A DNA stretch of 64,000 nt from Massalongia carnosa (Eukaryota), in assembly GCA_965645245.1 (NCBI GenBank), contig OZ287071.1, positions 1,674,001 to 1,738,000 of the forward strand. Reading direction: 5' to 3'. The notes beneath the pieces were generated by a model that was not told where the DNA came from, made no database searches, and saw only the letters and a program-made list of their open reading frames with translations. The position numbers and the translations under genes were made by a program. Below, in pieces: positions 61,701 to 64,000 of this stretch (position 1 is the first letter of the stretch; each line of letters opens with the position of its first letter).

Positions 61701-64000
61701 AGTTACTCATCTTACTCAGCAATGATTGTGACAACCCATTGAGATCAAGTGAACCAAGTATTTTAACCATATCTCCCTCATCTTCCCAATCTCCTCCTTT
61801 CAATAGTCGAATTCGGCTATCATAATGAGCTCCTCGAAACGAGAGGCTTTTAAACCCAGCATTCTCGTACTCTAAACGAGCCATCATCGAGGACAAGCTC
61901 GAGGGCTGCTGCACACCATAGAACGCGTCCTGTTCATCTATACTTTGAAATATACGTAGTAGAAGATCTGTCGGTTCTTCCATCCTCGCAGCGGATGACC
62001 TTCTAGACACTTTAGCTGCCTCCGAATAGCTGATCTCTAAAAACATTAATGCCGTTTTGAACATGGAGCATCGATTGGCTGCTTCGGCAGCGAGCCTATA
62101 GTCGATTTCGAGCCATCGAGACCGATCGGATTTTGCAGTTTCACGAGCTAATGGTTGCTTTCTTAGATAGAGTATAGCATTAAGGAGTATCTTCACATGC
62201 GGTATCGTTTCTATCTCCAAGCTTTTGAACCACTGCGAACACACCTGGGAAATTGTTTGCCTGGCCGTGAGAAGCCCATCGAGCTCCTTCTGAAGCACTA
62301 GATGAAGGACATATGGAAAAGCTTGCTCTGCGAAATGTGTTATTTTTTCTAAAATTGGCGGAAGCTCTGACAAGATGGGATCATCCGGAGCTACGCGAGC
62401 GAGCGCAATACATAATTCTTGTATCCACTGGGGCGCAGACTTGTTTTTTTCAAATTTAGCTTTCTCTAGCACACTTCCTTCCCCTAGAATCCTTGATACA
62501 GTCGATGGGCATATGTACTGCTTCCAAATCATGGCTTTCATAAGAGAATTTGGCAAAGTCTGCTCGCATTCTGTAGCGTACTCAGTTTCATCGGCTTTGG
62601 TGGCGATGGATCTTAGGATCGCCTCTGCCAGCCCAACTTGGAGAGGATTTTCTACTAATGTGATGTTGCAGAGAAGCTTTAGAATTAGGGACCTTGAGCT
62701 CTGTGGTAGCGGACTAGAATGGGTGGATGTAAAAACATCGTTAAAATTCGAAGACGTCTCTAACGTTATCTCAGAATCTATGAGACCTGTGCCTGCGTAA
62801 GCGCGCCCAAGTACTCGTCCTACCCAAAGAAGGTAGCTTGGCCCATAATGGCTACGTTGGCAAATCTTCCAAAGGACTGGAGCGTAGAGTGCGGCTTGCT
62901 GATCCGAGCCAAGAATGTCATCTCGGAAACTTGCTGGCAACTCAAATGTGGTACAAAGCAAGCCTAGTATAAGATCCTGGGACGTTTGGCTTAGAATGTT
63001 TCTTCTCGTACGTTCATCCTCAAAGATTTCCAGCAATAACTCACTCTCATATGTTCCCCTCTTCGGGTTTCCTTTTCCTTGAATGTTGCGCGCCGCGCTC
63101 ACAAGTGCTTTAAATGATGTTTCCAACTTCCCGGAAAGTTTGGGAGAGGTATAATCATCTAGCAACGTAGCGAACCAGCGGTGGAAAGTCTGAGCTTTTG
63201 ACATAGTCGCACGGAATTGGCTTTCCTGGGTGGTGCTCTCCTGGGTAGAGCCAAGAAACGTCCTCAATGATGCCATAGTAGAGACTGCCATTCCTGCGAG
63301 GAATGACGGAACCAATTTCAAGTAATTAACGCCATGTCCCACAAGATACTGAACCATGCCTATAGCATCTTCCGCACAATGCGTGTTGGTGATGTATGGC
63401 CGCAAAGCATGGAGCGCCATTTCAATGGGATAAAACTCTAAGGCGGTTGGGCCAGCCATGGAGATTAATACCCGGATTCGTCGAAGAACCGAACACGCAT
63501 GGAGAGATCCTAGTGCAGGATGGATTGTGTTTAGTAACTCTCGAAAAACAAAAACATATAACTCTGGTGACCACATTGACTCTGCATCATAGCGTGTACG
63601 GCGACACAGGTATTCTACCTCATCAATAAGGTATTTCGCTTTGAACAATGGCTGCTGATTGACTGGGAGAGCCGTTTCTGAAGCACTATTAGAGATTATT
63701 TCGTGGTAGGACTTTAAAACTTTTGCGTATAGAGGGCGCTTCTGAAGACCTTTCTCGATGTGCTCGATCTCATCCATAGTTTTGAAGAAAGTTGCTAAGA
63801 TATCAGGGAAAAACGTGTTAACAAGCGTCGCATGTAGCTCTTTCCCAAGTGTCTTTCGTAGGCGTACCTCAGCTCCTGGACCTTGGGTATTCTGCGAAGG
63901 GGGAACTGTAACATCTCGCGCCATGCTATAAGCCGCAGCTTTCCCGAAGGAGAGCTTTAGCAACTCCTCATACGGCTTGCCCAGATCTTCAGCTAACTGT
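58736..64000 (-). CDS. TEL1: ATM-family PIKK kinase Tel1, 3' portion (gene continues beyond the window)
   Basis: FAT region, [42 protein letters not shown], and FATC ending [12 protein letters not shown]. Confidence 0.96.

Overview
Gene-dense, intron-containing genomic DNA from a filamentous ascomycete (Pezizomycotina). It holds about 25 protein-coding genes: PPPDE-thioredoxin-PUL peptidase, a USP deubiquitinase, TOM22, MAS2, a Shg1/BOD1 protein, a complex I 14-kDa subunit, AEP2, thymine-7-hydroxylase, a class I chitin synthase, a GPI cell-wall protein, isoorotate decarboxylase, an LDB19 arrestin, GPI12, CorA, MIP1, an Slx8-like RING ligase, a YvcK/CofD protein, a tannase, partial TEL1 and several orphans. 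It also holds five mobile elements. The best finding is a 10.3-kb segment (19717-30059) bounded by identical outer ends of one pogo/Fot1 family: an 89-bp hairpin MITE on the left and a young 2.58-kb element with 124-bp TIRs on the right. This segment lies exactly between the divergently oriented thymidine-salvage genes T7H and IDCase. Removing it in silico gives a 268-bp divergent intergenic region and a tandem 14-bp repeat across the junction, which suggests a composite (macro-)transposition that moved a chitin synthase and a cell-wall gene. Also notable are a 244-bp CAC...GTG MITE with a 5-bp TSD (Transib-like signature), a 5'-truncated Tad1-like LINE with a 13-bp TSD, and a decayed intron-containing pogo/Tigger relic with RIP-like stops. 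Single-base homopolymer frameshifts suggest assembly errors. All calls come from manual reading; no searches were run.
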